Part shown: one piece after another, positions 34,915 through 47,538 of the stretch
How positions within the stretch are numbered: position 1 is the first letter of the stretch
How the letters are laid out: the number at the start of each line of letters is the position of its first letter
NCBI RefSeq assembly: GCF_040938485.1
Contig: NW_027272268.1
Coordinates: forward strand, 124,001 to 188,000
Source: Diadema antillarum
Taxonomy: Eukaryota
Length of the DNA stretch: 64,000 nucleotides
Reading direction: 5' to 3'
Notes under the pieces: generated by a model
The model's database searches: none
What the model saw: the letters and a program-made list of their open reading frames with translations, nothing else
What the model was told of the DNA's origin: nothing
Position numbers and translations under genes: made by a program

Positions 34915-37395
34915 AGATAACCAGAAACCGCCCTGTGATTTGTTTTAGCTAATTTTACTTGGACACGTACATCCTCTGAGCACTACACTAGGCTTAATTC
35001 GGAAAATAGATAACAAAACCAAAAAGACAGATTTTTGCCAACAGATATTGACTTATTAGCGGTATGGAAAAAATATTTGCAATCCGGCGTGTCAATTTGC
35101 ATTGTAGATGGCGCTGTTTAAGATTGCTTGTCTAGGTCACAGAACTCTTCTGTGGTCTAGGTGCTTATAGAGGCGTTTTGCAGTCTCGCATATATAACTT
35201 TTATCTAACACGTCTCGTCACATGAAAAATCCATATCTCATAGTTGTGATCTTGGTGACAGTCTTTTCAGCAAATACTTTTGTTTTTATTTACAAAATAG
35301 GACAGTGTGACACAGCAAACAACAGAAACTCAAACCGTACATAAACAATTCAGACCTTTAGTAAGAAACACAATGTGGAATTTGCGCCTAAGATGGGTTA
35401 CATTGTTTTTATTCACATTGACATTATATTTTTCTATCTGTATTACACTTCATGCAATTTCTCTTCTTCGCTTTCACAAAGATTTGATTTGAGAAGAGAC
35501 ATGAGGTATTCGGTACTCGACTATCTCCTTTACATTACCTCTTCCTAGATTCACAATTTAGACATATTTTTCGCTCTTAAGTTGCTCACATTTTCCCCCA
35601 AGCATCTGCTTGGTATTGTTTTTTAGAGTCGACACTAATCACACTCACTCGTCTCGACAAAATATGAAGCTTCTATAGTCTTCCAAACTCTATCCCGTCA
35701 TGTCATCCTCTACTCACCCTGTGGGTGTGGTGTAAACTGTCTGTGAAAAATGGTGTTCAGCGTTGACCAGCTTCGCAACACCTATCTTGCACGTTCTCAT
35801 CATCTCCCCCACGTGGCTCCTCCTCTCGTGTGTCAGATCTGACGTCGAGATCTGTCACTCCTTGATTCAGTCTATCTTGCCTGTTTTTTTTTATACTTTC
35901 TTTCTTTTCTTTTTTTCGCCATATGTGTCATATTTGAGATATATTTTATATTCGTAGTACATATTTCACCATACTACTCATCCACCTGACGATTGTCCAT
36001 TCTCCCCAAAGTACCGTCACAGGTTTTTATATACGACCTTTCTCTGCTTTCTTTGAATTTCCACACAATAAAGCATCGAGAAGAGACCCCCATCATGCAG
36101 TGGTCAATCTTAAGTCATCCTTATTGGAGCCAAGAGGTTGATTGAAAAACAATTATATAAATTTGGAAATAAAAGTATTACAAAGTTACACATCGCAAAA
36201 ATAATTTTGTTTGAATACCAGTTGATTATTTCTTAATGTATTTTGTAATGACCAAATTAGAATCTTGTCTTCGAGTTTATAACAATCAACACATAGGCAA
36301 ATCTTGGAATCTGATGTTTCTTCTTTTGAGCCTTTGATAAAATTATGAAAGATACTCGTAATTCCTGAAGAACTGATTACTAAAGAAATTAATTGAAATT
36401 CAAAATGTCGACTTATTTGATTTTCATTCATCTATACCCTGTGTGCAATGTTTACACATTTTGATTGAGTAACTTCGGTAGAATCATTATAACAGGATAA
36501 TCCCAAATTGAAACTTTCAGAATGTATAATAGCGCAATAGCCTTTTTAACCCTCCCATGCAACCCGTTAACACCAAACTCTGAACGTGACGGTTCACGTG
36601 GTGTTTAATACGTTGTGGGCAGAATAATTTTAATATGTCCAAAAAGTTCGTATTCTGCAGAGTAATAGGTCGCGACATCACTTACAAGCTACTGTATACT
36701 AAAAAGACAATTACTGTGTACTACAACATCTATATCTCATTATTCTGGGAACCCAATTCCATGGTCTTTTAACTTTAGGCCAATCTCAACGTTCAGCTCT
36801 ATTTCAAAGGAAATAAGTGTTGAATTTTTGAACATTCTTTCAATCTTTTTTAAAAAATCCTATTATGCATTATTTTAATTTCCCAACTATGGGACATTTT
36901 TCTAGAACTTCATTTCATTCATTTTATTCCAATAGCTTAATGGCCTTTCAGTCATCTTTTTTTTACATCTCAATAATGATTCCCCGGCTCTGCATTCTGT
37001 TGTATACATCGAATTCCATGGCAAGCAGTTATGAAACTTGCCTCTGTGAAACTTATATCAGTATGTATAGTTATGCCTAATTTATTCGTTTCAGGTTTAC
37101 AATGATTTAGATTAACTGTCTAATTCCTGCTTCGTTTCTTTCTTCTTTTTTTTTTTTTGGTGCAAGAACAAAATGCTTGCTTGTCTGTCTGTTTTCTTTT
37201 GTTTTGTCTCGTCAGTTCATCTGTGTTGTAAAAAAAAAAAGTTCTCCCAACTAATATGGAAGCAAAAATATACCAATAGGCCTATATTCCTCTTGATCAT
37301 CATGTCAGTGTTCAGTCACAGTGCAAATCCTATATTTAAGTCAGGAGTATAATTTGTTTTCTATAAAACTATCAAAGTTTAAAAGATACCTAAAC

Positions 37396-37591
37396 NNNNN
37401 NNNNNNNNNNNNNNNNNNNNNNNNNNNNNNNNNNNNNNNNNNNNNNNNNNNNNNNNNNNNNNNNNNNNNNNNNNNNNNNNNNNNNNNNNNNNNNNNNNNN
37501 NNNNNNNNNNNNNNNNNNNNNNNNNNNNNNNNNNNNNNNNNNNNNNNNNNNNNNNNNNNNNNNNNNNNNNNNNNNNNNNNNNNNNNNNNNN
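37396..37591. other. Assembly gap (196 N)
   Basis: Run of N. Confidence 1.
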
Positions 37592-37735
37592 AGGAGGAGG
37601 TGGTCAACGTCAGAGGTGGAGGGAAAGACGAGGAGGAGGGGAAGGTTGAAGAAGAAAGAAGACTCAAAGGAGATGGGAATAAACAAAAAAAGAACAAGGA
37701 GCTTAGAAGATACTTTTATTATAGGCGAACAGTTT
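37592..37735 (+). mobile_element. Decayed RTE-clade LINE 3' fragment abutting the gap
   Basis: One frame reads EVEGKTRRRGRLKKKEDSKEMGIN, resembling the C-terminal EGKR.RGRP....D...MG. motif of RTE reverse transcriptases. Confidence 0.4.
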
Positions 37736-37874
37736 GTAAAGATGTCCAGTCCCGAATACACACCTCCTCATCACCGTTCCGATCTGGAGCGATTGAATAC
37801 TAGTAGTATTCCCGTGTTGTACGACAGAGCACGGTGGATGGGACCTAACAATGCAGACCGCCCCCTTGATTGTG

Positions 37875-37888
37875 ATTCCCATAGCAAC
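37875..37888 (-). promoter_or_regulatory. RFX X-box upstream of ANKEF1
   Basis: GTTGCTATGGGAAT on -, 13/14 match to GTYNCYATRGNAAC, in a CpG-rich region about 650 nt upstream of the ATG. Confidence 0.55.
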
Positions 37889-38525
37889 ACCATTGCTACA
37901 CACGCTATTGAGTCGCGACGTGAAGCTATTCTTGGGCATCGGATCGCGATGTGCATGCTGTGTACACGCACGGTAGATGCTATGACCGTCCCCGCCGCGG
38001 CCGTCGTGCTAGCAGCCATTGAAAACAGCACAACACACGAACACAACGGTGAGGTGGGCAATGTAAGCACCGAGAAAATATTGACAAATTGTTGTTTTTC
38101 ACCAACCACCGTTACCTATTGACGTATCAGCTGGGTATCCGACACCTGTCGCAAGAGGAGCGAAGTACAAACGGCAATTAAAATAACTCACGATATTTGA
38201 CAAAATCAATTTTCATATCGCGTGGGACAGCACTGAAGTTGCGGAAGTCGGGCAGCTGCGGCAGGTGGATCACTCTGTTGTAATTGAAAGAAGAAGAAAA
38301 AATTCCAGTCGGCATCGCAAAGTTGACTGGACTTTGCCAAGCTAGGAATCCAAAGTGGCAAATACAATTGTGCAATCATGGCCAACGTGAATCTATGAGG
38401 TAAGACCACTTCTAAAATGAACTGGAAATTATTTTAAACTGACCGTGCAAACGGCAAAAGTGCCTCAAGACAATCAACCTTCATATAATAAGAGAAATCA
38501 GCGGTAGAGATCTAAACCATCAACG

Positions 38526-41500
38526 ATGCCTGTAGCACAAACCCGTCTGGAGATCTTGCAGGTGCACAAATTTCTACAGTGTGTTCGCACGAAAGACAAG
38601 GCTCAGATTGAAAAGTTGTGTTCCCATGGAGTCCCACATCTTGTCAACTACAGCGAGCCAGATGAAGGGGAGACAGGACTGCATTTGGCTGCCCGAGTCA
38701 ATGATGAAGAGATGGTGCGGTTCTTGCTGGACTTTGGAGCACATCCAAATGTCATTGACTTGAAAGGGAGGACGGCTGCCATGAGGGCTGCAGAGTTCGG
38801 TCATGTGCAGACTCTCGAAATTTTAGCGACAGCTGGTTCGGACATGAAAGTCAAAGATACAGATGGCAAAGGTGAGTTCAAATCTGTATCATAGTGAGGT
38901 AGTTTTAGACATTATAACAGATCAATGTGAAAAGCTTGCCTGTCTTATAATAGGGTGTGAAAATGTGTTGGAAGCTAGTCCAGTGCAAGCACACTGGGTC
39001 AGTCAACATATAGCACTGACTAAGACTTCAATCTTTTATATTTTGAGTGCACATTTTTGTAATTAAATGTCTGTTCATGGAGGTACTTGTACCTCCATGG
39101 TCTGTTGGTATAAATTTTGCATCGTATGTCATGTCTTGCTTACCCCTGTGGCACAGCCCCTGTGGCGTGTGATTTTGTAGCATCATTTCAGTATGCAGGG
39201 GCCCATCATTCAATTTTTGACATAGCTGGTACAGACTAATTGTATTGTTTGATTTACGTTGGATCTTTGAATGTGCATTACTATCAGCTACAAGTGGTTT
39301 GACAAAATATTGACTCCAACACAATCCAAGCTTTACTTATTTTTGGAGCCAAAGTTACAAATTGTATCATTCATGTAGCATTGACCATCCTGCAAATTTA
39401 TTGGGTAATGTATGCATGTATACAGTTCGTGACATACTTCGCATGTAAAACATTTTATCTCTAATTCTTTTTTAATCCTACACAGGCATCTTGTTCTACT
39501 GCATCTTGCCTACAAGTCGACATGACAAGTGTACCACCATCGCCATTGAGAATGGAGCAGAATGCAATAATGTTGCCAATGATGGGATGCCCCTTTTGGT
39601 GGTCGCATGCCTCGAGGCCAAGGAGAATGAGGGCATCTGTCTCAAACTTCTGGAGCATGGAGCAGACCCAAATAGTGTGCATGCTGTATGTACCCCTCCC
39701 TTATCTAGTACTAATGAATGGAAAATGAAGATTTGCTATTTCATGTACGGTATTCTATGATAATTTTTTTTTTCTGAAGTTTGCAAACAAGAAATGTCAG
39801 GTGTGGAAATACTGATTGCAAATTACAGACAGAAATGCACAGTTTGTCTCATGACTTTCAGCTAAAGTGTTGCTACTCATGATAAATATTCCATTTTTTA
39901 CATTCTGCTATGTATACTTAACCCCCTCCCAAAAAGCAAACAAAAGTCAATAATATTGAAATCAATTGAGATTACTGATATTTTCGTCTTCACAGTCCAG
40001 TGGAAGAACAGCACTGAATGCTGCAGCTGGTAGTGGCAGCGAGGCTGTAGTCAAACGTATCCTCTCCAAGGGGGGTGATGTCAACACCCCAGACAAGAAC
40101 TCACTGACCCCAACACACCGGGCGGCCATGAGAGGTCACTTTGAGGTGCTACAGGTCCTGGCCAGCTATGGGGCTGACTTTGGCTGTTTAGACGTCATCC
40201 TGAACTCCCCTGTCCACTATGCAGCAGAGGGTGGTCATGCGCTGTGCTGCAGATACCTAGCACAGAGGGGTAGGTTACTTTCTTGGCGTGACTTGTTAAT
40301 TTAAATAAATGACTGAAATACACTCTGGTAGTGTAAAGGGTGTGTACAGTTCTGGTCGAGGAGAGGATTTAGCTTTTAACGTTTTGCGAGGTATTCAGAA
40401 ACCACTCTATGAGATGTCAAAGAGCGTGCAATTCTAAGGGGTATCAAAAGTTTATTTGATGAAAATCGGTTTTGAAATGGTTGAGATATCCAAAAACAAG
40501 GTGAAACAAAGAGATCCTAATAAAAGGCGTGGCCTGTAGTCTTTTATTATTATCACTTTTTTGGATATCTCAGCCATTTGAAAACCAATTTTAATCAAAT
40601 AAACGTTGAATCCTTCTTGAAATTACATGCTCTTTCATATTTCATAAGAGGTTTCTCATTATCTCACTTAGGAATGTAAAAAACATGAATCCCCACCTCA
40701 ACCAGTACTGCACAGCCCCTTTAAATTATATCCATGGTTTAGATTCTTTGAAAATTACTGTAAAAGTGCCTATTTTCGCCTAACTAATTTTTCGTGCTTG
40801 GCTTGGTAAGAAGAGTTTCGCATGTTTTTAATTTTGCGGAATCAAGACATCAACTACTGGAACATATGGCAAGCAAAACTATTTTCATGCTTTTATTTTT
40901 GTACTAGTTTCTGGTTGCGCGAAATGCGTGAAAATTTCAACACCACGAAAATTTCCACTTTTGCAGTATATAGATATAGTTACACACTCCCTCAAACAGC
41001 CCCCAAATAGGTGTACCTTGCATATATGCATGTGTCTGTGTGCATTTATTATTGGATGGCTCTTTATTAATGCAATATGTGCCGTTTGCATTTTCACAGT
41101 CAAAATTTGGATAATCCATTGACTTCATTTAAACTATCCTTTGGGAGGTCAAGTAAATTCATTTCATGGTTCATCATAACACAGACATAATACAATCATT
41201 AGCTATAAACATGTAGTCGGCAAATCATCAAGGGATGGCAAAAGGGTGTATGTGGAATATAGGTAATTTTGAATGTAACAAAAATTAACAACCCACAAAT
41301 ATGCCCCCCCCCAACAAACAAACAAACAAACAAACAAAACAAACAAAAACAAAAACAAAAATATGGATTGTGAGGTTGAAACTCAAACCAGTGATCTGCA
41401 AGCCTTGTAACAGGTTGCACTTTAAAAATCATACATAAAAACTGGACAGAGTAGAGTCAGCTGACAGGGGAATAATATGAAAGTGAGGTATCTACTAATA

Positions 41501-44500
41501 GCGTCTATTGTCCAAAAAAATTATGCCGCATAGTGGATATTGTGGGAGACCTCTGATATTGTATTTCCTTGTAAAACCTTACGTGTTCGTCACTGTTGAA
41601 TAAATCTGTGCAATATTTTATCTTCTTGTTCTCACAGGAGCAAAGGCACACTTGAAAAATGAAGATGGCCTGTTACCCAAAGCAATTGCCAAGAACTATG
41701 GTTTCAAAGATGCACTCAAAGAATGTCGGAAGGCAGAGAAGCTTGCAAAGAAGATACAGTCAGGGGGCAAGGCACCAACTGAGTCCTGGGCAGTCCGACT
41801 CTACGACTGGGCAGTCAGCAGACAAGATGACCTTTTAATGAAATTCTCTGAACTGGACACAGAGGACAATGAAGTCATCTCAAAGGACCAGTTCTATGAT
41901 GTGCTCGTGACAATGGATGCCCCCATTGATGAGGAGGACTTCAAGAAACTATTCTTGCTCTACGACAAAACAAAGGAAAATGTAATCAACTACAATGACT
42001 TCTTAGCTGCCAAGAAATATGTGCACAAAACCTACCTCATGTCAGCATACTCCAAGAAAGATAAAAAGAAGAAGGGCAAAAAGGGCAAAAAGAAGAAGGG
42101 TAAAACAAAAGTGCCTATGCCGATATGTCTAGGACCAGAGGGTGATAGGACGGAACGGGGCGGACCCCCTCCTACGTTTATTGAGAGGCATGTGCCCTTC
42201 ACTGATACTGGTCGATTTGACAGAGACCGCCCACCGCTTCATCCCATCCAGGATGACTCGGCGTGGTATCTCCATCATCCGGAGAAGACGTACATCAATG
42301 TGAATGATGCTGCCAAGATGGGTGATCTGGACTCCTTGAAGCAGGCCTTCATTCATGGCAGGACAGCAGACGTCAGGGACAAATACTTCAAGACAGCTCT
42401 CATGATCTCGTGTGCCCAGGGCAACTTGCAGATTACAAAGTTTTTGCTGGAAAATGGGTAAGTGATGTAACGATACAACTAAGGCACTTACTGGTTGTCT
42501 TTGTGTGTGGAAGGCATTAGTAACCATAATGTGGAACAGCAAAGACCGAACTTACAAATTGACAGGTGGCACAAAAGTTTTTTGAAGCTATTTACACATC
42601 TCAAATTATGCACACAAATTGCTTAGTAGATGTGTATTTAAAAAGTGTAGCTATTGTTATAAAAACAGATATTGATTGTGAATTAAAACAATTGGTAGGT
42701 AACACATGTGAGCCTATGATTCCTGTTGTACAATCATGAAACTATCTGCAGGTACATTGAAAAAAAAATTAAAAGAAATCCAAGCCTATATTGAAATAAG
42801 AACACCCTTTTCTTCCGTAGGGCCCAGGTGAACACATATGACAACTTCAAGTGGACACCACTACACCATGCATGCCTCTCTGGCCAGCTGGACATTGTGC
42901 TGCTATTGGTGGATGCTGGGGCAGACATGAATGCCCAGGCACTGAATGGTGGGACTCCCCTGATGAGAGCCATTCAGACCGGCTCACCAGACATTGTTCA
43001 GTACCTCATCAACAAGGGCTGTAATGTCCAGCTAGAGAACAGGAAGGGTGAGTCACATTTGGCAGCTTAAATGATATGTATCAAGTAAGCAAATGAAAAG
43101 AAGAGAGAAAAAAAAGATAAATGATAATGATGATATATCAATTTATAAAGTGCAAAGCCTATAGACATATATTCTTCTGCGCTGCAAGAGCTTCTGATGT
43201 ACTTGATGATAATAGACAGTTAAATGAGAAGATGTGTTTTGAGTCGTGATTTCATGACTGCTACAGTTGGGGATTTCCTGACTTTTAATGGTAGGTGATC
43301 ATTCCAGAGTTTTGGAGCTGCACAGGCAGATGATCGGTCTCCCAATGTTATTTTTGTTTTGCGTGTTGGAATTTGTAAGAGAAGAGTGTCCTTAAAACTG
43401 TGCAAATTATGAGTGTGTTTGTGAGATTTAAGCACTTGTAATTCAGAAATTAACTGGGGGCTTGACCGATGAGTGACTTATATACAATCAACAGAATCTT
43501 AAACAATATTCTTTTACAAATCAGAAGCCAGTGTAAGTCTTTCAGAAGAGGAGTAATCCTTGAGAACCTGGGTTTGTTACAGATAAGCCTTGCGCAAGAG
43601 TTTTGGACTCGCTGCAGGTGCCCAACTTGAGAATCAGGAAGTTCATATAATATCCCATTGCAATAATCCAGTTTACTAACAATATATGCATGGATGATCA
43701 ATTTCGTACTATTCTCATCGAAATATTTCCTAATATGTCTAATATTATTTATATATCATATGATATGATAATTTACACACATTTGTGATCCTGATTAATT
43801 AGATTAATAGATGAATAAAAGGTTTTGTTGGGGCCTATGTTACCACTTATGATATTGTTTGTGTAGTCCCAGTCTTATAATTAACATCTTGAGACTGAGA
43901 GTATCAATAGAGCAATGAATCTCCTAGTTACAGCATAGTTTGAGATTTTTACACTATTTCAAGAAGAATGGTATAATGTCTCATTGTAAATAAAAAAAGA
44001 GGAAATATCCAAAACCTCAGTCATTTTCATAAAGGTCTTTGTGTTATAACACCAACACAAAAAAATTCTAAAATGTATGTATATCTGGGGTTTTTTTTGG
44101 CATGTTAGCTGCAATTAAAGGTGAAAGTAAGTTAATCATATTTTCTTTAAAACAGTCCTGGAATGAACTTTATGAATGTAAAATCTATAATGATTTATAT
44201 CCCCTTTTCCTTGTGTGTAGGAGACACAGCCATGGATGTTGCAAGGTGGTGGGCAGACCCACGAGTCCTGAAGATTGTCAGCGACAAGTTCGAGTCTCTC
44301 CCAGCTCCCAAGGAGGGCAAAAAGAAAGGCAAGAAGAGCGCCAAGAAGGAAGGGGGCAAGCGGGCTCAGTCAGTACCCCCAATCCCTCAAGGTGGCCTCA
44401 CATCTCAACCTTCAGGGGTAAGACAGTTCCTTAGCTTCCACAGTGTAGTTTCATAGCCGCCTCTGGCATGTCATGGTCAACGATCAAGTCTTAGATGAAA

Positions 44501-45336
44501 TATTCTTCATTAGGTTCTCTTGAATTGAGCTAAATAGTCTGTGATGATATGTTGTTTCATAAGCATCTACAGGTTGTAGTATCCAGTTCAATGCTGCTTT
44601 TGGATATTTCTAGTAATGTTTTGTAATGAAGTCACATTTCTAAATAGCTTACGACTTGGTATATTTTCAGACATACCATACACATTATGACCAAATGTTT
44701 ATGTGTTTTCTGTGGGTAAGGAAAAGTAGTAAATCTTTTCTTTCTTTCTTTTTCTAAAGACATTTTCATTTCTTGTGACTGTACTGAATTTAGATCAAAG
44801 TTAGATGATGTTAATGTATATTTGAACCATCTGAAGGACATAAGTCTGAAGGTTAAGCACATGTCTGAAACATCTAGTTTGGGTGACAGGCCAGCTGTAG
44901 AAAGTCACGGAAGACACCATAAATGGTCTCTACTATGAAACCATGCAGGATTACTTAGAATACCTTTTTTTTTTTTGTTATTTGTACAAATGGCAGTGCC
45001 CATTGATCAGAATATATCTAGGAATGACTATTTATTCATCATATTTCAACCAACCAGACGGACTCCCCCATCACGACCCCACGGGAGAGGAAGGGGTCAG
45101 TGCTGAGGGCAGCATCTGCAATGGCTGGAGGGATAGAACATCAGGAGGACATCACCTATGTGCCCCTTAAGGCCTGGAGCAATGTACCCAACACCAGGGA
45201 GCTCATCGTGAAGAAGGAGCTGCGGAGGCAGCGCTATGGCGATGGCATCGATTTCCCAGACTACCGGATACCCTTCAAAGACCACTTCATGAAGAAGTCG
45301 GAGGAAATGGGTGGTGTGGATACCGATGATGACTAA
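38526..45336 (+). CDS. ANKEF1: Ankyrin repeat and EF-hand domain-containing protein 1, 780 aa: join(38526..38871,39486..39685,39996..40269,41638..42457,42821..43047,44221..44417,45058..45336)
   Basis: MPVAQTRLEILQVHKFLQCVR N-terminus, N-terminal ankyrin repeats, EF-hand-like segment (DTEDNEVISKDQF; DKTKENVINYNDF), Lys-rich KKDKKKKGKKGKKKKGK, PIQDDSAWYL motif, C-terminal ankyrin repeats (KWTPLHHAC, GTPLMRAI). All introns are GT-AG and phases concatenate to 2343 nt. Confidence 0.92.
40333..40724. mobile_element. Kolobok-type foldback MITE, copy 3
   Basis: GTAAAGGGTGTGTACAGTTCTGG ... CCAGTACTGCACAGCCCCTTTAA; interior homologous to copies 1-2. Confidence 0.7.
40756..40968. mobile_element. TA-flanked CTGTAAAAGTG MITE; close relative at 51137-51347
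   Basis: TACTGTAAAAGTG ... CACTTTTGCAGTA; interior shared with 51137-51347 (GGTAAGAAGAGTTT...GAATCAAGACATC...CTGGTTGCGCGAAATGCG). Confidence 0.7.
43128..43735 (-). mobile_element. L2/CR1-group LINE, 5'-truncated 3' end of the reverse transcriptase ORF, antisense in ANKEF1 intron
   Basis: Frames read SKLDYCNGILYELP...LQRVQNSCARLI...ITPLLKDLHWL...FKILLIVYKSL..QAPS and GDRSSACAAPKLWN..LP..VRKS...KSRLKTHL; frameshifted; simple-repeat tail. Confidence 0.85.
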
Positions 45337-46985
45337 AGGACGCAAGTTTTGGTTTCCTATATTTCTCAGCAGAGTGAAGCTGCAAGATTTACACAGATAA
45401 TGCTTGTCTCAGCCAGGTTGCAATGCACTTACCATGCTGATTCCTTGAGGCAAGTCTAACTGGTCGTAGCGTTCATCTCATCCAGTGGAAAGACTTGATG
45501 TTAGGAATCTATTGATGTAAGACATTGCTCGAAAACCTGGCCTAGGAGCAATGGTTGAGATACTACTTCTCTGTTTCTCACAGTCATACAAGGTCTGCTT
45601 CTTTTGTACCTCATGTAAATACATCAAAACAGGACACTAATGCACCAGAGTAAGCACATTCAAAATTATATATGACTGAAAAACAGGAACTCAAGTATAA
45701 AATGAAGTGAACAGATGTGTAAATAAAGTGTAATCATGTGTGGCAAAAATAACCTCTGTTATCCAATGATATCATGTTGTTTGTATTTATGCAAGTAGAC
45801 TGTTCACAAACTCATCGGGAACTGGTTGATCGTGTGGATAGCATATTGGTGAGGATATAAAGAGCATACCTGTGTTGAAATAAGCGTCATAATTATCTCT
45901 TTGCTTTACAAAGATTGTGTATGGCAATTTCTATGTCACATATTTTGTTGATTTTATCTATATTGTATTAGTATCCTACATATGAATAAGATGTGATGCT
46001 ATGAAAGAATGTGTGGCAAAGGTATATATGTTCACTGTACCGAACTCGACTGCTTAGTATTTTATTTTTTTAATTTCTTTTGCAGCTGTGGATTAACTGG
46101 TAGTTCAGAAGCGACTGCCTGAAGTACATCACAGAATATGTTAAGTTAAATAGAGAGCTCACCTCATTCATTTTGCATAAAATGTCCCATTTGCTCTTTG
46201 TTTCTCAAAAGTTCGTCAACTTTGTGTTTATTACCCTCTGCATAAAATCTGTTCAGATCTTATAGATTCTTTCAGGAGTTTGACAATTCACTGGAAGTTA
46301 TCCTCATTAACAAACTCTACTTCTTTCTTGTTTCATGATGAGACAATATTTTAATAGCATATTATGTGATAAATTTGATATTTCCTTGCCTTTTTTGCTC
46401 TTTTGCCTGTGATTGTACAAAATGCAATGGAGATATTGTTATTATGTGTGAATGAGAGAGGGAGAGAGAGAGGGGGAGGGAGGGAGAGAGAGAAAGGATT
46501 TCTTAGGAGAATCTCCCTTAAAAAAAAAAAGCTTTAAAAAAATCACATTTTTAAGGCAGCATCATGGATTTAATAGATTATGTATGAAAAATTATTTATC
46601 TAATTGTACAAATATCTGAAAAGAAATTGTGACCGACTTATTCCATACCAACACAGCTGTGAGTCACCACTTTGGTTGAAAGGCATCTGAAAGGCATCAA
46701 TACAGTGAAAATTGCTGTCTATACATGAAGGTGACCAACATCATGCAGTGTAATCAGTTAGTTTTTGAAGCACTCCAAGAATGTCATTGTATGGAAGCGT
46801 ACTGCTAAACTTGGAATATTTGGCCAGTTGATGGCCAAGTCCATGAATTCAAGAGTATGAGTAAAGAGTGTTGAGGCACAGTGAAAGTAAAATGGAACTG
46901 GTGAATCGTGATCAATGCTATGAAAAAAAAAGTGTCATTTGATAGCTTATGTATGTCTTTCTACATTGTGAGATGTCAATTGCTC

Positions 46986-46991
46986 AATAAA
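46986..46991 (+). terminator. Candidate polyadenylation signal (AATAAA) for ANKEF1
   Basis: AATAAA 1.65 kb after the stop codon; an earlier AATAAA at 45722-45727. Confidence 0.3.
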
Positions 46992-47405
46992 AGAAGGTAC
47001 ATGTATTTTCATCCTGGAATTGACCAAGTGATATTTATGAATTCTGATTTATCATATTTATGCAAGCGTATCACCTTAGTGACTTGTTGTGTGAATGAAC
47101 ATATAGAGGTATGCAAAAGTAAATGATCAAGTTTTCCAAGTCACAAATGTCCTTTTCTACTTCTTACAAATACTCAGTATGTGTACGTATGCGATTCGCA
47201 ACAAACTATATATGCACTAGTGAATTGTTGCACTGCAGATGTGCCTTTTATTTTCATGTAATGTGTACAGTGACTTAGCACTCTCATTCATTGTACATCA
47301 TTTGTGCAAAGAGCAATCTTATTCCAATTTAGATTTCCATGTCAGCAGAATGAATAAATGACTGAACAAGAGCCCTTCATGACTGCGTTTTCCCTCATTT
47401 ACCAG

Positions 47406-47538
47406 NNNNNNNNNNNNNNNNNNNNNNNNNNNNNNNNNNNNNNNNNNNNNNNNNNNNNNNNNNNNNNNNNNNNNNNNNNNNNNNNNNNNNNNNNNNNNNN
47501 NNNNNNNNNNNNNNNNNNNNNNNNNNNNNNNNNNNNNN
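47406..47538. other. Assembly gap (133 N)
   Basis: Run of N. Confidence 1.

Noticed and set aside
35095-35114. Octamer plus YY1/CTCF-like motif suggesting an snRNA gene enhancer or insulator
   Set aside because: No snRNA sequence found nearby, and the CTCF match lacks the 5' CCAC half.
35690-36050. Possible highly decayed RTE LINE or minus-strand exon (donor CAGG|GTGAGT near 35718)
   Set aside because: Only scattered 4-5 residue resemblances with multiple stops; not supportable.
37616-38122. 168-aa ORF upstream of ANKEF1 and overlapping antisense ORFs
   Set aside because: Composite of an RTE remnant and CpG-rich promoter sequence; no coherent protein.
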